From assembly GCA_965198115.1 (NCBI GenBank), contig OZ240241.1, positions 928,001-992,000 of the forward strand: 64,000 nucleotides of DNA, read 5' to 3'. A program made the translations under genes and the position numbers. The notes beneath the pieces were generated by a model. That model searched no databases and had not been told where the DNA came from. It was given only the letters and a program-made list of their open reading frames with translations. Shown here one piece after another: positions 7,146 to 17,008 of this stretch (position 1 is the stretch's first letter; the number at the start of each line of letters is the position of its first letter). The DNA comes from Candidatus Latescibacterota bacterium (GTDB taxonomy: Bacteria > Latescibacterota > UBA2968).

Positions 7146-9879
7146 AACGAATGCTCGTGGTTCTTCTGACCTGTCTGGCCGGACAGGTTGCCGTCGTCTG
7201 GGGACATTTCGACCACGGTGTGGGTGGGGAGCGTTTGGTATTCCAGATCCCGCCGCCGATCGATCTGCAAAGGCAGCGGGATGGGGTGCTGCGATTCGAC
7301 CCGCCTGCAGTCATCCACGTCCCTCATTCATCCGCGCTGAACATCGGGAGCGCCACGATTGCGGCGTGGGTCTGGGTCGATTCGGCCTACGTCGGAACAT
7401 CTCCGGGTGTCGTGGCCGGTCGCTGGCATCAGATTCAGGGCGAGTCGAGTTTCGTGCTCCATTCGGACGGATCGGAGGCGGGCGGGTTTCGAGTGACGTG
7501 GGAGGATGGATCCGAGTTGGATCTGTGGGGATACGACGTGCCGGTATCTCGCTGGGTGCACTATGCAGCGACGATCGATGATTCGGAGATGGTCGTCTAT
7601 GTGGACGGCGTAGCCGCTGCTCGGACGGACGTGAATGGAAAACGTCTGGCCGACTCGCTTTGTCCGCTCTGGATCGGTGGGTCGACGGAGGGGGTTGTCT
7701 TCCCCGGGATGATCGCGGATGTGCGGCTCGTAGCCCGCGCGGCCGACGAACAAGACATCGGACATCTGATGGCGGGGGAAAACGTGGAGGGTGAGGTCGG
7801 GCGATGGCTGGCCGGCAGTCGGGTCGATGACGGCGTCCGGGTAGTCGGATCCCTGCGGTGGGTTGACGACCCGGCTCGAGGCGGCGGCGCCGACTTTCGA
7901 AATCCTCACCAAACCGAGCTGAAACAGACCGATTCCGCGAGCATCGAAGGAGAAATCACGCTGGCCGCCTGGGCGATCAATCGGGGTATTGCCCGGGGGG
8001 GTGGTGCCGTCGTAGGCAAGTGGGGTCCCGACCTGGACGAACGTTCCTTCATTCTCTACAGCGTCGGTGGAGATGGATTCGGTTTTCGAGCGTTTTGGGA
8101 GACGGTTCGCAGAGTAACCTGACTGTTTTCGATGCACCGGCCAACACCTGGTTCCACATCGCGGGAACCTATGACGGGCGTGCGATGCGACTGTATGTGA
8201 ACGGGGTCGAATCTGCCCGGGCGGTCGCCGTGAATCGGGTCTTCGCAACGACGGGAACGCCGATCGTCATCGGAGGAAATGGCGATCCGTCCGCCCCTCC
8301 GTTTTCCGGCGCGCTCGATGAGGTCGGCGTATGGAGGGTAGCGCTTTCTCGAGATGAGATTCTCGAGTTGGCTCGAAGCGGGATACCGCAGCGAACCGAT
8401 GCGGTCCACACGTTCGGATCCTTCGGACCCGTGGATGATCCCGGGCAGTCGCAGCCGTTGACCTTCCTCGAGTCGGTCGCCGCAGGGGACACCTCACGGA
8501 TGTCGACGTTCTGGGATTCGGACGATAGGCTGATGGCGTCGGCACGCGCACGCAGGCCTCGCCATCTGTCGTTTCCTGACGTAGACGAGCACCGCCTGCT
8601 CGACGAGGCGCTGTGGTGGGCGATCGTGCGGGGTCAGGGTGCCACCGCACACCGTCTGCTCCAACGGGGTGCCGACATCGACGCGATGATCGGGAGCGGC
8701 GGTTCCTCTTCGCTCCATCAGGCTGTGGCGCGTCAGGACTTCGAGGCCGTTCAGTTTCTGATCCAGCAGGGTGCCGATCCCACGCTCGAGGATCGAACAC
8801 ATCGGTCATCATCGTGGGAGTGGGCGGCGCATTTCGATCTGCCGGTTCTCCGCGCCTACCTGTTGGATGCGGCGTCCGTCACGAGTCTCAAAGCAGCGGT
8901 CGAGTACGGCGACCTCTCCCGAGTGACGTCGATTGTCGAAAGCGGATCGGTGACGTCGACAGCGCTGGACGACGCTCTCAGACGTGCTGCATCGGGCGGC
9001 CACGTCGAGATTGCCGATCACTTGCTGCAGTCTGGCGCTGACGTGGCGTCGCGCGATTCGCGTGGACGTCGAGCGGTTGATCGCGCCATCCGGGCGAGCC
9101 GGTATGAGCTGGTCGATTTCCTCCGCAAAAAAGGGGGGGAGGCTCCGTCGGTCCCCTTTCTTGAACGAGTAGGGCAACTCGACTCGGCGATCGAAAGCCG
9201 GGACACCGTGGCCGCGCAAGACCTGCTGGACGCCGATCCCGACCTGGTGTTTTGTGACAGCGAAGCGGGACGGACCTGGTTCCAACGCGCCGCCGATGTG
9301 AACGATGGTGCCCTGGTTCGCCTCCTGGTGAGGCGCGGCGCTTCGATCGGGAGCGTGAGGGCTACGCCTCGCTCGGGTGGGCCGTTTCGCGAGGCGAGTC
9401 CGATGTGCGCGTGCCCTGGTAGAGGCGGGTGCGGAGCTGGACTTCTGGGCGTCTGCGGGTCTCGGTTTGGTGGACTCACTGGATACGTACTGGATTGAGG
9501 ACATGCTCATCGATGGGGCATCGCGAACGGGCAGTTTCCGCCGTGGGTCGGATGGATCGATCCTGCCGCGCCCCCCACGACGGAAGTCGAGATTCTGTCG
9601 GACGCGCTCTACATCGGGGCCCGAAACGGTCATCGCTCTGTCGTCGAGTGGCTACTGATGCGCGGTGCCGACCCCAACTTCAGGGCCGAGCGAGGGGGAA
9701 CGCCCCTCTACTGGGCGGTCAAGTCGGGCCGAGTCGACGTCGTTCGACTGTTGGTCTCGGCCGGTGCAGATCCACGCATTCCCGACCGGTATGGCCGTAA
9801 TGCGGGACAGATGGCCACAGGGTCGGCGAAGCTTCTCGAGGCGCTTCAAGGTAGGAAGGCAAAGGAGAATTCGCGGTGA
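7142..9879 (+). CDS. Secreted protein with two LamG-like domains and ankyrin repeats; three apparent frameshifts (~8098, ~9390, ~9580)
   Basis: Signal peptide from GTG 7142; two LamG motifs (WVHYAAT..MVVYVDG; WFHIAGTYDGRAMRLYVNG..FSGALDEV); ankyrin repeats (GHVEIADHLLQSGADV; TPLYWAVKSGRVDVVRLLVSAGADP) spread over successive frames. Confidence 0.7.
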
Positions 9880-10547
9880 AGGAGGAAGCGACGCGGTTTC
9901 GGGCGACTGCCGACAAGGGGGATGTGTCCGGACTGTTCACGATACAGGATGGAGCTGAATCGCTCGTCGTCCTGGGACACGCCGCGAGTACGGATATCCA
10001 CCATCGGTCGATGACTCACATCGCTCGGTCACTCGCGGAGGTCAACATCGCCACCTTTCGATACAACTTCCCGTATATGGAAAGAGGGGGCGGCCGGGTC
10101 GATGGCCGGGCGGTGTGCTATGAAACGGTCCGGTCGGCTGTGGCGCACACGGCCGATCGAGTGCCCGAGGCGACACTCTTCGCAGGCGGTCGATCGTTCG
10201 GTGGGCGGATGACGTCGATGGCCGCGGCCGACGCTTCTCTCGCGGTACGAGGTCTCGTTTTCTATGCGTTTCCGCTTCATCCAGCCAGGAAACCGGCGAC
10301 GGATCGCGCCGACCATCTGTCGGAAGTCGGAAAGCCGATGCTCTTTCTATCGGGAACCCGGGATACCCTGGCAGACCTGTTGCCACTCGAACCGGTTGTC
10401 GAGGATCTGTCCGGGGCGACGCTCCACATCCTCGATACCGCCGATCATAGCTTCGGTGTGTTGAAACGATCCGGACAGACGGAGGAAGGGGTCTATGTGG
10501 AGGCGGCGAAGGTAGTTGGTGATTGGATCGAAAGTAATCCTAAATAA
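9876..10547 (+). CDS. Alpha/beta hydrolase, KANL3/Tex30-like
   Basis: RYNFPYME, GGRSFGGR nucleophile elbow, FPLHP, GTRD, ADHSF. Confidence 0.9.
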   Translation: MKEEATRFRATADKGDVSGLFTIQDGAESLVVLGHAASTDIHHRSMTHIARSLAEVNIATFRYNFPYMERGGGRVDGRAVCYETVRSAVAHTADRVPEATLFAGGRSFGGRMTSMAAADASLAVRGLVFYAFPLHPARKPATDRADHLSEVGKPMLFLSGTRDTLADLLPLEPVVEDLSGATLHILDTADHSFGVLKRSGQTEEGVYVEAAKVVGDWIESNPK

Positions 10548-10634
10548 CAGCTAAACAATGAGTTATTGAAAATAAATGGCTTGGGCGAAAAGAAAGTGGC
10601 CCCGACGGGGCCACTTTTATAATGTGGGGAAATT

Positions 10635-10730
10635 ACGTCCCTGTGCCCAGCACAGGGACGAGCGCAACGCTTGTTTTCTTAAAATGTACGGAATGTGGCG
10701 CGCTCGCCCGCGTGCTCTGCACGAGGGCGT
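10635..10730. repeat. REP doublet (REPIN-like) element, copy 1
   Basis: Hairpin CGTCCCTGTGC-CCA-GCACAGGGACG + AGCGC, AT-rich spacer, GCGCTCG + CCCGCGTGC-TCT-GCACGAGGG; near-copy at 15267. Confidence 0.75.
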
Positions 10731-10809
10731 ATTGGAGTTGAGCACCGAGTTCCGAATGGAAGGCTACTTCAACACTCGGAGATCGCTATTCGGAACTCGG
10801 AATTCGATC

Positions 10810-12099
10810 TCAGTCTCTGAGGTAGCGAGGGTTCCCGAATCCGTCGTTGACGACGTGGCTTCGTGCGGGGATTTCTGACTTTTCAGGAATGAGCAGATCG
10901 AGTTCTGTGCTGTTTTCGATGACGGTGCCATCGCCGACCCGCACGCCTTCACCCAGACGGATGCGGCCGGGGCGTCGCGTCGTGGCAAGCACCGTGCCGA
11001 TGACGACGGCCGACGCGATCCGGCATTCAGGGCCGACCTGCACGTAGCCATACACCTGACTGTTGATACCGATGCTCGATCGATCGCCGATCTCGACCGG
11101 CCCGAGCAGCTGGGCATCCGTCCCTATCATCACGTAGTTGCCGATGATGGGGTGGCGCTGGCGGACTTTCTCGCTGATGCCTCCGAGTGTGCACGGGTAG
11201 AGGACGCATCCTTCTCCGACGATTCCCGTCTGCCCCGTCGTGAGTCCGCGGTGCGGATGCTCGAGGAAGTTGGCGTCGCCGATCTTCGTTTCGGGATGGA
11301 GATCCGCCTGGTAGTAGCGGCCTCCGAGCTCTGCGATCGCTCGGGGGAGAAGCGGCACGGGCAACCGCTTGACGTCGATGTTGCCCGAGGCTCCCGCCTG
11401 AGTCAACGCGTGGGCGACGTCGTGGTAGAAGAGCACACGCCATCCAGGGTAGGAACTGACGACAAGCTGGAGGTGGTAATTGAAGGCAAAATCGAGACCT
11501 TCGGTCTCGAGAAAGTCCGCGTAGGAACCGAAATCTCTCTCCTCGATCGCACGGTCGATGGCCGGTTTGAACTCCAGATCGGCCAGCTTCTGCCGGCAGG
11601 CCTCATTTTCTCCCGTGATGTAGGCGTCCCAGATCGCGGGGTCCTTCAGGGAGGCGAACCGGTTCCACCGGGCTCGTTCTTTGAGCTCGGGAATATCGGC
11701 GAGAAGGGCGAACGTCGTTCCGATCGCCGTCTCTTCGACGCTGGCTCCGGGGCCCTCAACGGCGAGGAGGGATTGCGCGATCATCGCATACAGCTGATCG
11801 CAGAGCTCTTCGACGCCGTTCTCGAAATCCTTGGCTCGAGCACCGTTCGTTTCCGTGGCGTTGTGGGATCCGGGAGCCGCGAACTCCAGGAGATTGCCCA
11901 AAACTGTCTCGAGGATGTCACGGTTGACGAATCCGCGCCCTGACCGATGGCTGAGGATGCCGGGATTGATCCGATCGATTCGGAGGGCGGCCAGCTCTTC
12001 GTCGTTGAAGATGCTTCTAAGCTGGTCGCAGACCTGCTTGAGCAGAGGTCTTTTAAGCGATTCGTAGGTTTTATCGAATAGCGTCTGCGGTTGACTCAT
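10810..12099 (-). CDS. Divergent serine O-acetyltransferase-like (CysE-like) LbH protein with long N-terminal extension
   Basis: ADLHPETKIG..FLEH..TLGG....RHPIIGNYVMIGTDAQLLGPVEIGD matches the CysE beta-helix; ~200 aa extra N-terminus. Confidence 0.7.
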   Translation of the reverse strand: MSQPQTLFDKTYESLKRPLLKQVCDQLRSIFNDEELAALRIDRINPGILSHRSGRGFVNRDILETVLGNLLEFAAPGSHNATETNGARAKDFENGVEELCDQLYAMIAQSLLAVEGPGASVEETAIGTTFALLADIPELKERARWNRFASLKDPAIWDAYITGENEACRQKLADLEFKPAIDRAIEERDFGSYADFLETEGLDFAFNYHLQLVVSSYPGWRVLFYHDVAHALTQAGASGNIDVKRLPVPLLPRAIAELGGRYYQADLHPETKIGDANFLEHPHRGLTTGQTGIVGEGCVLYPCTLGGISEKVRQRHPIIGNYVMIGTDAQLLGPVEIGDRSSIGINSQVYGYVQVGPECRIASAVVIGTVLATTRRPGRIRLGEGVRVGDGTVIENSTELDLLIPEKSEIPARSHVVNDGFGNPRYLRD

Positions 12100-12169
12100 T
12101 ACGTTAGCCTTGAAGGGGGAGTCGGCTCAGGCCACAATATTAGGCAATTACGGGTCCGCCTGCCACCCC

Positions 12170-14275
12170 TCACCTCAGCAGGACCCGTGCGAGCGGCTGA
12201 TAAACGACCTGCCCTTTCCACGCTTGGTTGGCGGGAACGGCTGAGAGCGACCGGACGGCACGGCCCCGATAGGTGCCGAGGGGCGCGTCCACGACGCTGT
12301 TGAGTCGAACGACGATCGTGTAGGCGCCCGGGGCGATCGTGGCCGGGATCTTGAACGTAAATCGATCGGCGTAGGAATGTCCGATCGGTAGATCCACCGG
12401 TGCTACTTCGACGCTACGAGCCGCGGTGAACCCGCCCGTGCTCGGGATTTCGAGTCGCTCGTTGGCGAAGGCAACTTCGGCGAAGTATTGGCCGGCAGCT
12501 CTCTTTCGGGTCACCACCGTGAGGGTGAAGAACTCGCTTCGACCGATGAGGGCAGAAACCGGGTTCGTCAGGACCCGTGTGATCCCGCGATCGAGTCCTA
12601 TGAGGTCGATGCCCACGAAATCTACGGGTTGAAAGGTGTCTTCAGCCGACGGGATCTGGACGCCGATCGGATTTCCTGACGATGCCGCCGGGACCTTGGG
12701 CATCAGCTCGAGGAGACGTGGATCGAATGCAGCGCGTCGGATTTGAAAATGATCGAGCTCTGGCGGCATTCGATCGTCGAGAATCGTGTAGAGGGGCGCC
12801 TCGCCTGACTCCTCTATCAGACCCTTGAGGACACGAAGACGGTCTGCGACGTTGAGCGCGGGGGCGATGCCTCGGAGCGAGCTTGTACCATCAACGAACC
12901 TGGGTGCGAGCCGTCCTAGTGTTTCGACGGTCACGTCGTGCCTGAGGCCGCGCACCTCGCGAAAGTATTTGTAGCGCGTGGCCCGACCGTCGTCCGTACT
13001 CACGATCGTGGCGTCGACAGGAAGGGCCCTGTATCGAGCCTCGCGAAGGTCGTAGGTGCCCGTGTTTCGGGTGATAGCGGATACGGTCTGAAAGTGAGTG
13101 AGCAGGAGAACGAGTGAGAGCGCGGGGAAGATCCCGTAGCGAACGGAGGCCGGTAAGCGAGCGAACAGGCGGCCGGTCAGAATCCTGTGAGCGCCAAGCC
13201 CGGCCAGTGCGATGAAGAACAGAAAGGCGGGCATAAAGAAGACGTCCTTGTCCGCGACGTCGTAGGGCAGTGCGAGGGAGGTCGCTGTGACGAGCATCAG
13301 AGCTAGGGATTCGGAAAAATGGTCTGGAACGCCGCGACGCAATCGTCTGACGAACACGCCGAGAAGGGTTACCGCCGCCAGGATCGGAACCAGAAACGAG
13401 GTGTTCTGGCTGAGTGTCGCGAGGAACCCAGTGAACAGAGTTGCGACGTGTTTGATCGAGGTCACTGCCAACCGCGAACCCGTGAATTCCTCGGCAGTGA
13501 AGTACCAGAACAGCCATCTTGGCGAAAGAGGTTCGTAGCCGCTCAAGAACACGAAGTCCGAAATGAAACCGTCTCCGAACACGCGGATCGGCACGTAGAG
13601 AAGTGGCGTGGATCCGAGAACGGCACTGGCCAGACACAGGGCGATCTGTCGCCGACCCCCTGTCCGCGTAACCGGTGTCGAGACGGCCAACACGTAGACC
13701 AATCCGGGAAAAATCAGGGCAGCGAGGAGCACGTTCGACGTGGCTGTCAGGCCAAACAGAAAGGAAGCGCAGATAAGAGCCGTAGGCTCACGCGTGCGAA
13801 ACCACCGCGCGAGGGCATACAGTACGGCGCATACGGCGGCCAGCTGAACTGCATAGACCTCGGCTATCGAGGCGTGAAACCAGAACACCCGGGCGAAGGC
13901 GAGCGTCCAGCCGGTCGCGACGGCGATACCGGCATGACGCGTATGCGTGTAAACGCAGAGAGACAGAAAGCACGCCGCCAGGGCCATAAACACGGCCGAG
14001 GTGAGAATCACACCTTCATCTGGAATCGGGAACGGCAATGCGGAGAAGAGATGGGCGAAGATCAAGTAGAGCGGGTGCCCGGGCGGATGGTCGACGCCGA
14101 GGGTGGTCGCGGCGAGCACCATTTCGGCGCTGTCGATGGCATAGAGGGTGTCGAGTGCCCAGACACGGGCCCGGGTTTGGTTGTAGACGAGCAGGGGAAC
14201 GATCAAGGCAAGTGCACCGACCCAGCGTGCTGGGTGTTGCTTCGCACTTTCACGGAAGAGCGCCACGCCCATCAT
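12170..14275 (-). CDS. DUF2723/TMEM260-like GT-C membrane glycosyltransferase (putative protein O-mannosyltransferase)
   Basis: DSAEM...LGVDHPPGHPLY and FWFHASIAEVY motifs; many TM helices plus a soluble C-terminal domain. Confidence 0.8.
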   Translation of the reverse strand: MMGVALFRESAKQHPARWVGALALIVPLLVYNQTRARVWALDTLYAIDSAEMVLAATTLGVDHPPGHPLYLIFAHLFSALPFPIPDEGVILTSAVFMALAACFLSLCVYTHTRHAGIAVATGWTLAFARVFWFHASIAEVYAVQLAAVCAVLYALARWFRTREPTALICASFLFGLTATSNVLLAALIFPGLVYVLAVSTPVTRTGGRRQIALCLASAVLGSTPLLYVPIRVFGDGFISDFVFLSGYEPLSPRWLFWYFTAEEFTGSRLAVTSIKHVATLFTGFLATLSQNTSFLVPILAAVTLLGVFVRRLRRGVPDHFSESLALMLVTATSLALPYDVADKDVFFMPAFLFFIALAGLGAHRILTGRLFARLPASVRYGIFPALSLVLLLTHFQTVSAITRNTGTYDLREARYRALPVDATIVSTDDGRATRYKYFREVRGLRHDVTVETLGRLAPRFVDGTSSLRGIAPALNVADRLRVLKGLIEESGEAPLYTILDDRMPPELDHFQIRRAAFDPRLLELMPKVPAASSGNPIGVQIPSAEDTFQPVDFVGIDLIGLDRGITRVLTNPVSALIGRSEFFTLTVVTRKRAAGQYFAEVAFANERLEIPSTGGFTAARSVEVAPVDLPIGHSYADRFTFKIPATIAPGAYTIVVRLNSVVDAPLGTYRGRAVRSLSAVPANQAWKGQVVYQPLARVLLR

Positions 14276-15171
14276 CAGGCGATCAGACTCTCCACGTGCT
14301 GCTTCAGTCCCTCGGCCACTGGCGTGGCCGGCACCGCCAGTCCGGCTCCCTCGAGCCGATCGAGGCAGTAGACGCGATGGCAGCAGAACGGTGCGGCTCC
14401 GGGGTTCTCCGCCAGATGGGATTGAACGCTGACCTCGTTGATGGGTGCGTGTGGAACGCCCAGACTATTGGCGATCAGGTTGTAGAACGCGCGAGATTCT
14501 ATGATGTCCGGACCGGCCGTGCAGAATATGCGACCGAACGTGTCTTCGTTACCGGCCGCGCTCAGAATCAGCCGGCACAGATCGAGTGCGAAGATCGGCT
14601 GTTGCAGAAAGTGGCCTCCACCGAGGAGGTCGAGAGGTTCCCCGTTGCGAATGCGATCGATCAGTTTGTCGTCACGCCCGTGTTTTGGAAGGCACCCCAG
14701 CTTGCTTCCTGGCCCGTAGATGTGACAGGGCCGAACGACTGTCCATGCGCTGTCGCCGAAGTCTCCCTGCTCGAAAACCCTTTCGCAGATCCGCTTCTTC
14801 CCACCATAGCCCTCGGTCGCGTAGGAGGTCGCTTCCTCGCCCTGGGGAAACCGTCGATGCGCCGGGTCGAACACGAAGTCGGTTGAAATGAACACGAGTT
14901 GCCTGCAGCGATTCCTGAAAACCGCCACATCCTGTTCGGCGTCTTCGGGATCGTAGCCGATGCAGTCCACGACGAGGTCCCAGCCGTCCGAGTCGGCCAG
15001 AGCGCTGGCGAATCCGCCACGATCCTTGCGATCGACCGTAATGGCTGTGACGCCGTCGGGCAGAGGCCGCTGACCGCGTGTGACGACGCTGATGTCGTGA
15101 CCCTCGGCGGCGGCGAGGGTCGCGAAAGTTCCACTGACGAACCCACTTCCGCCGATCGATAGGATCTTCAT
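14275..15171 (-). CDS. NAD-dependent epimerase/dehydratase family protein
   Basis: ILSIGGSGFVS, FISTD, YGGKK, VRPCHIYGPG. Confidence 0.9.
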   Translation of the reverse strand: MKILSIGGSGFVSGTFATLAAAEGHDISVVTRGQRPLPDGVTAITVDRKDRGGFASALADSDGWDLVVDCIGYDPEDAEQDVAVFRNRCRQLVFISTDFVFDPAHRRFPQGEEATSYATEGYGGKKRICERVFEQGDFGDSAWTVVRPCHIYGPGSKLGCLPKHGRDDKLIDRIRNGEPLDLLGGGHFLQQPIFALDLCRLILSAAGNEDTFGRIFCTAGPDIIESRAFYNLIANSLGVPHAPINEVSVQSHLAENPGAAPFCCHRVYCLDRLEGAGLAVPATPVAEGLKQHVESLIA

Positions 15172-15266
15172 CCCTTTTCTCCAGGTAGCGATTGGCTGAT
15201 GTCAGCTGAAATGATACGGACTGAACCACCCAGCCACCAGGACACGAAGAGGCTCGGGAGGCGGCT

Positions 15267-15363
15267 TGCACCCTGTGCTGCACAGCACAGGGACGAGCGC
15301 ACGCGCGGTTTCTACTAAATTAGAAAATCGCCACGCTCGCCCTCGTGCTCTGCACGAGGGTGC
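15267..15363. repeat. REP doublet (REPIN-like) element, copy 2
   Basis: CCCTGTGCTG-CA-CAGCACAGGG-ACGAGCG, palindromic AT-rich spacer, CGCTCG-CCCTCGTGC-TCT-GCACGAGGG. Confidence 0.75.
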
Positions 15364-15387
15364 TGTGTCGGCGTATCTGTGTCGACG

Positions 15388-16179
15388 TCAACTGCCGGTC
15401 GACGCATAGTGGCGGACGCCGAAGCGCCAGACTCTGAGGCAGACCATCAGGAAGAGCAGACCGACCGCAGGGGACAACCAGGCGGCGTCCGTCGAACCCG
15501 GTTTTTCGAGGATGGCAAGGACCGGATAGTAGTTGGCGAAGGCGAGAGGAACGACAAAGGTGAAGAATTTCTGAAACTAGTCCCGGTAGATCGACAGGGG
15601 ATACTGGGCGGTTTCTACGCCGCCGTAAGTGACGGTGTTCATGATTTCCAGCGATTCGGTCGTCCAGAAAGCTATCGTCGCCTGTAAGACGACGAGGCCG
15701 CAGAACATTGCGGCCGCACCGAAGACCGCGAACAGGGTCAAGGCTCCCTTGGCGATCGTCCATTCGACGTCGAGCGTGGTCGCTGCCCAGGCGAACACGA
15801 AGAGTCCCTGAGCCAGCCGGCCGATCCGTCGGAGCGTCAGTTCCTGTCCTGCGATTTGCAGCGCGGCGCTTCGGGGGCGAAGAAGGACACGATCGAAATC
15901 ACCCGACTTGATCTGATTGCCGAGCATATCGAACCCACGACTGACTGCATCTGCGAATGCGAACGCGATGTTGATGAGACCGTAGAACAGCGCCACCTCC
16001 TCCAGACGCCAGGTACCCAGCCGGCCGAAACGGTCGAACAGAACGACCATCCCGGCGAATTCGCTGGCTGTGATGAGACCGTGCCCGATGGTCAACATCA
16101 CGAAAGAAGCCCGGTACTGCATCTGGCTTCGGATGCTGATGCCGAGGTAACGAATGTAAAGGCGCCACGCGTCACCCAT
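15388..16179 (-). pseudogene. ABC-2-type permease (DUF990/COG3694) with in-frame TAG at 15577-15579
   Basis: SQMQYRASF, GDFDRVLLRP, YPLSIYRD*FQKFFTFVVP...HYASTGS; frame continues intact after the stop. Confidence 0.8.
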
Positions 16180-16216
16180 AAACGTGGGGGAAGTCAGAGT
16201 TGGGGCGACCACCGGA

Positions 16217-17008
16217 TCAGCCTCCCTGCACGACGAGGCGTCGCCGCGCGATTGCGAGCAGGCTGCGTCCACCGAGAACGAGGAGGGCGAACCAGACCGC
16301 TTCGAGAATCAACAGATCCCAGAGCGCGGATGGAGGTAAGTGGCCCAGGTAGAGTCGGAACGGCACGTCGGCGATGTGGCGGAACGGAAGGGCTTCGAGG
16401 AATGGCTGGCACCAGGATGGAAACAGGGGAAGCGGGACGATCATACCGGAGAGGATGAAACCCACCGCCGGGATGAGGCTGCTGACACCCTGACCAGATA
16501 TGGTCCATAGCAGCGAGATATTCAGGATGACCGTGATGGCCGCGCTCAGGAGAACGGCCCCGGCAAGTGCGACGCCGAAGGCTGCGGCAGCCTCGACGGA
16601 GGGTGGGAGTGATAGCCCCAGAAACAGGAGGGCGATGGTGACGAGGGGTACGGACCGGAGAAGGGTCGGTGCCGTCTTCAGCGCGATCGCCCGACTGAAC
16701 CAGAAGCCATAGAGGTCGAGCGGCCGGAGGAGTTCGTAGGTGACGGCGCCGGTTCGAATCTGCTGTTGCACGTCCCGGTCGACACCCCAGGGTTGGACGA
16801 GGATGAAAGCCTGCCCCAACCAGACGTAGCCCACGACTGTTTCGATCGACATCGGGTGTGAGGCCGTCGACACCCGGTAAAAGGCCTCGAAGATCATCAT
16901 CCGGATCAGGCCCCAGAACAGTTGTGTCCCAAGACCTGCGATGGCCGCAGCGCAGTATTGGAGGAGGGTGCGGAATCGGGCGCTGAGGACGGACGTGTAG
17001 CCCTTCAT
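16217..17008 (-). CDS. ABC-2-type permease (COG4587-like)
   Basis: YVWLGQ, IRTGAVTYELLRPLD, LSGMIVPLPLFP, C-terminal LVVQGG. Confidence 0.9.
   Translation of the reverse strand: MKGYTSVLSARFRTLLQYCAAAIAGLGTQLFWGLIRMMIFEAFYRVSTASHPMSIETVVGYVWLGQAFILVQPWGVDRDVQQQIRTGAVTYELLRPLDLYGFWFSRAIALKTAPTLLRSVPLVTIALLFLGLSLPPSVEAAAAFGVALAGAVLLSAAITVILNISLLWTISGQGVSSLIPAVGFILSGMIVPLPLFPSWCQPFLEALPFRHIADVPFRLYLGHLPPSALWDLLILEAVWFALLVLGGRSLLAIARRRLVVQGG

Noticed and set aside
15577-15579. Pyrrolysine or TAG reassignment
   Set aside because: TAG terminates many genes here (e.g. at 2980, 35262, 45197, 56222) and the site corresponds to a typical Trp position
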